A stretch of DNA of 64,000 nt from Deltaproteobacteria bacterium (GTDB lineage Bacteria; Myxococcota; Kuafuiibacteriia; Kuafuiibacteriales; Kuafuiibacteriaceae). Below, one piece after another: positions 63,001-64,000 of this stretch; positions within the stretch are counted from its first letter, which is position 1; each line of letters starts with the position of its first letter. A model generated the notes under the pieces. That model saw nothing but the letters and a program-made list of their open reading frames with translations, had not been told where the DNA came from and made no database searches. Made by a program: the position numbers and the translations under genes. The DNA lies in the NCBI GenBank assembly GCA_040218735.1, contig JAVJQW010000050.1:64001-128000 (forward strand). The letters are read 5' to 3'.

Positions 63001-63666
63001 TCAGCTCGCGCGGGCGGCGTCGTTCATCTTCGCCACCTCTTCCGCGAGGTTCTCCTTCTTCTTCTCGATGCCCTCGCCGAGGACGTAGCGCGTGAAGCGA
63101 CGAATCGTGACGTTCTCGCCGGTCTTCTGCACGACGTTCGCGCGCAGCTCCTCGACGGACATCTTCGCCTCCTTCACCCAGGGCTGCTCCATCAAGCAGA
63201 CCTCGGAGTACCACTTGTTGATCTTACCCTCGACGATCTTGTCGGCGATCTTCTCCGGCTTGCCCTGCTCGATGACCTGCGCCTTGAAGATCTCCTTCTC
63301 CTTGGCGACCTCGTCCTCCGGGACGTCCTCACGCTTGATCCAACGCGGCGCAGCCGCGGCGATCTGCATGGCGACCTCCTTCACGAAGTCGTTGAAGTCG
63401 TCGCCGCGCGCCACGAAGTCGGACTCGCAGTTGACCTCGAGGAGCACACCGAGCTTGCCGCCCATGTGGATGTAGGAGTGGACCGTGCCCTCGGCCGCCA
63501 CGCGACCGGACTTCTTGTCCTTCTCCGAGAGCCCCTTCTTGCGGAGCCACTCGGCGGCCTTGTCCATGTCGCCGTCGTTCTCCTGGAGCGCCTTCTTGCA
63601 GTCCATCATCCCCGCGGCCGTGCGGTCGCGGAGGGCCTTCACTTCTTTTGCGGTCACCGTCGCCAT
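63001..63666 (-). CDS. tsf: Elongation factor Ts (short form)
   Basis: LRDRTAAGMMDCKKAL, EVNCESDFVA, IRRFTRYVLGEG. Confidence 0.97.
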   Translation of the reverse strand: MATVTAKEVKALRDRTAAGMMDCKKALQENDGDMDKAAEWLRKKGLSEKDKKSGRVAAEGTVHSYIHMGGKLGVLLEVNCESDFVARGDDFNDFVKEVAMQIAAAAPRWIKREDVPEDEVAKEKEIFKAQVIEQGKPEKIADKIVEGKINKWYSEVCLMEQPWVKEAKMSVEELRANVVQKTGENVTIRRFTRYVLGEGIEKKKENLAEEVAKMNDAARAS

Positions 63667-63714
63667 TTTGATTCGTCCTTCGATATCCAGTCAGTTCTTC
63701 GAGTTGAGCGGGGT

Positions 63715-64000
63715 TCAGCTGGCCGGGGTCGCCGAGGCCTCGGCCTCCGGCTTGGCGTCGGCCTTCTTGTCGGTCGTCGGCCGCGCCACGACCTCGACCT
63801 CGGGGCCACCGGTCTGCTCCGGCTTGTCGTCGGCCTTGTCGGCCTTCTTCTCCTCGGGCTTCTGGTGGGAGAGGCTCTCCTGGTACTTCGTCGCGCCCTC
63901 GATGCAAGCGTCGGCGATGTTCGCCGTGAACAGCTTGATCGAGCGAATCGCGTCGTCGTTGCCCGGGATGACGTAGTCGATCAGGTCCGGGTCGCAGTTG
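63715..64000 (-). CDS. rpsB: 30S ribosomal protein S2, C-terminal part (partial)
   Basis: Manual translation [24 protein letters not shown]...; upstream of tsf. Confidence 0.95.
   Translation of the reverse strand, partial: NCDPDLIDYVIPGNDDAIRSIKLFTANIADACIEGATKYQESLSHQKPEEKKADKADDKPEQTGGPEVEVVARPTTDKKADAKPEAEASATPAS

Noticed and set aside
63001-63666. Short EF-Ts as a truncated pseudogene
   Set aside because: Short EF-Ts forms of about 200 aa are normal in several lineages; key motifs and the C-terminus are intact.

Overview
High-GC core-chromosome segment, most likely from a member of the Myxococcota (inferred from gene content: PEGA, DUF4388, MXAN_5187-like C-terminal domain, Ser/Thr kinase, Cys-rich lipoproteins). 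Most of it is housekeeping: an isolated nuoM, atpD-atpC, rplU-rpmA-obgE, yceD-rpmF, a rearranged fabH/fabD/fabG group, dusA, nuoE-F-J-K, a TatT-DctP-DctQM (TPAT) transporter, nupC, a MoxR-DUF58-transglutaminase triad, tsf and the 3' end of rpsB. I found no rRNA, tRNA, CRISPR array, transposase or integrase. Five things stand out. (1) Four intergenic foldback elements of about 170-230 bp whose inverted arms are built from 6- or 7-bp tandem repeats and enclose unrelated spacers; two carry a GCTGAC-GAA-GTCAGC mini-hairpin that supplies the stop codon of the neighbouring gene. (2) A WYL regulator beside a sensor-less sigma54-type AAA+/Fis protein lacking GAFTGA, with related palindromes upstream of both genes. 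(3) A 68-aa cationic peptide gene behind a sigma28-like promoter. (4) A stand-alone 1082-aa lipoprotein with 9 canonical and 2 atypical heme-binding motifs. (5) Repeated -35/-10 pairs only 6-12 nt upstream of start codons, suggesting (near-)leaderless transcription of fragmented operons. All family assignments come from recognising motifs by eye; no database search was run.
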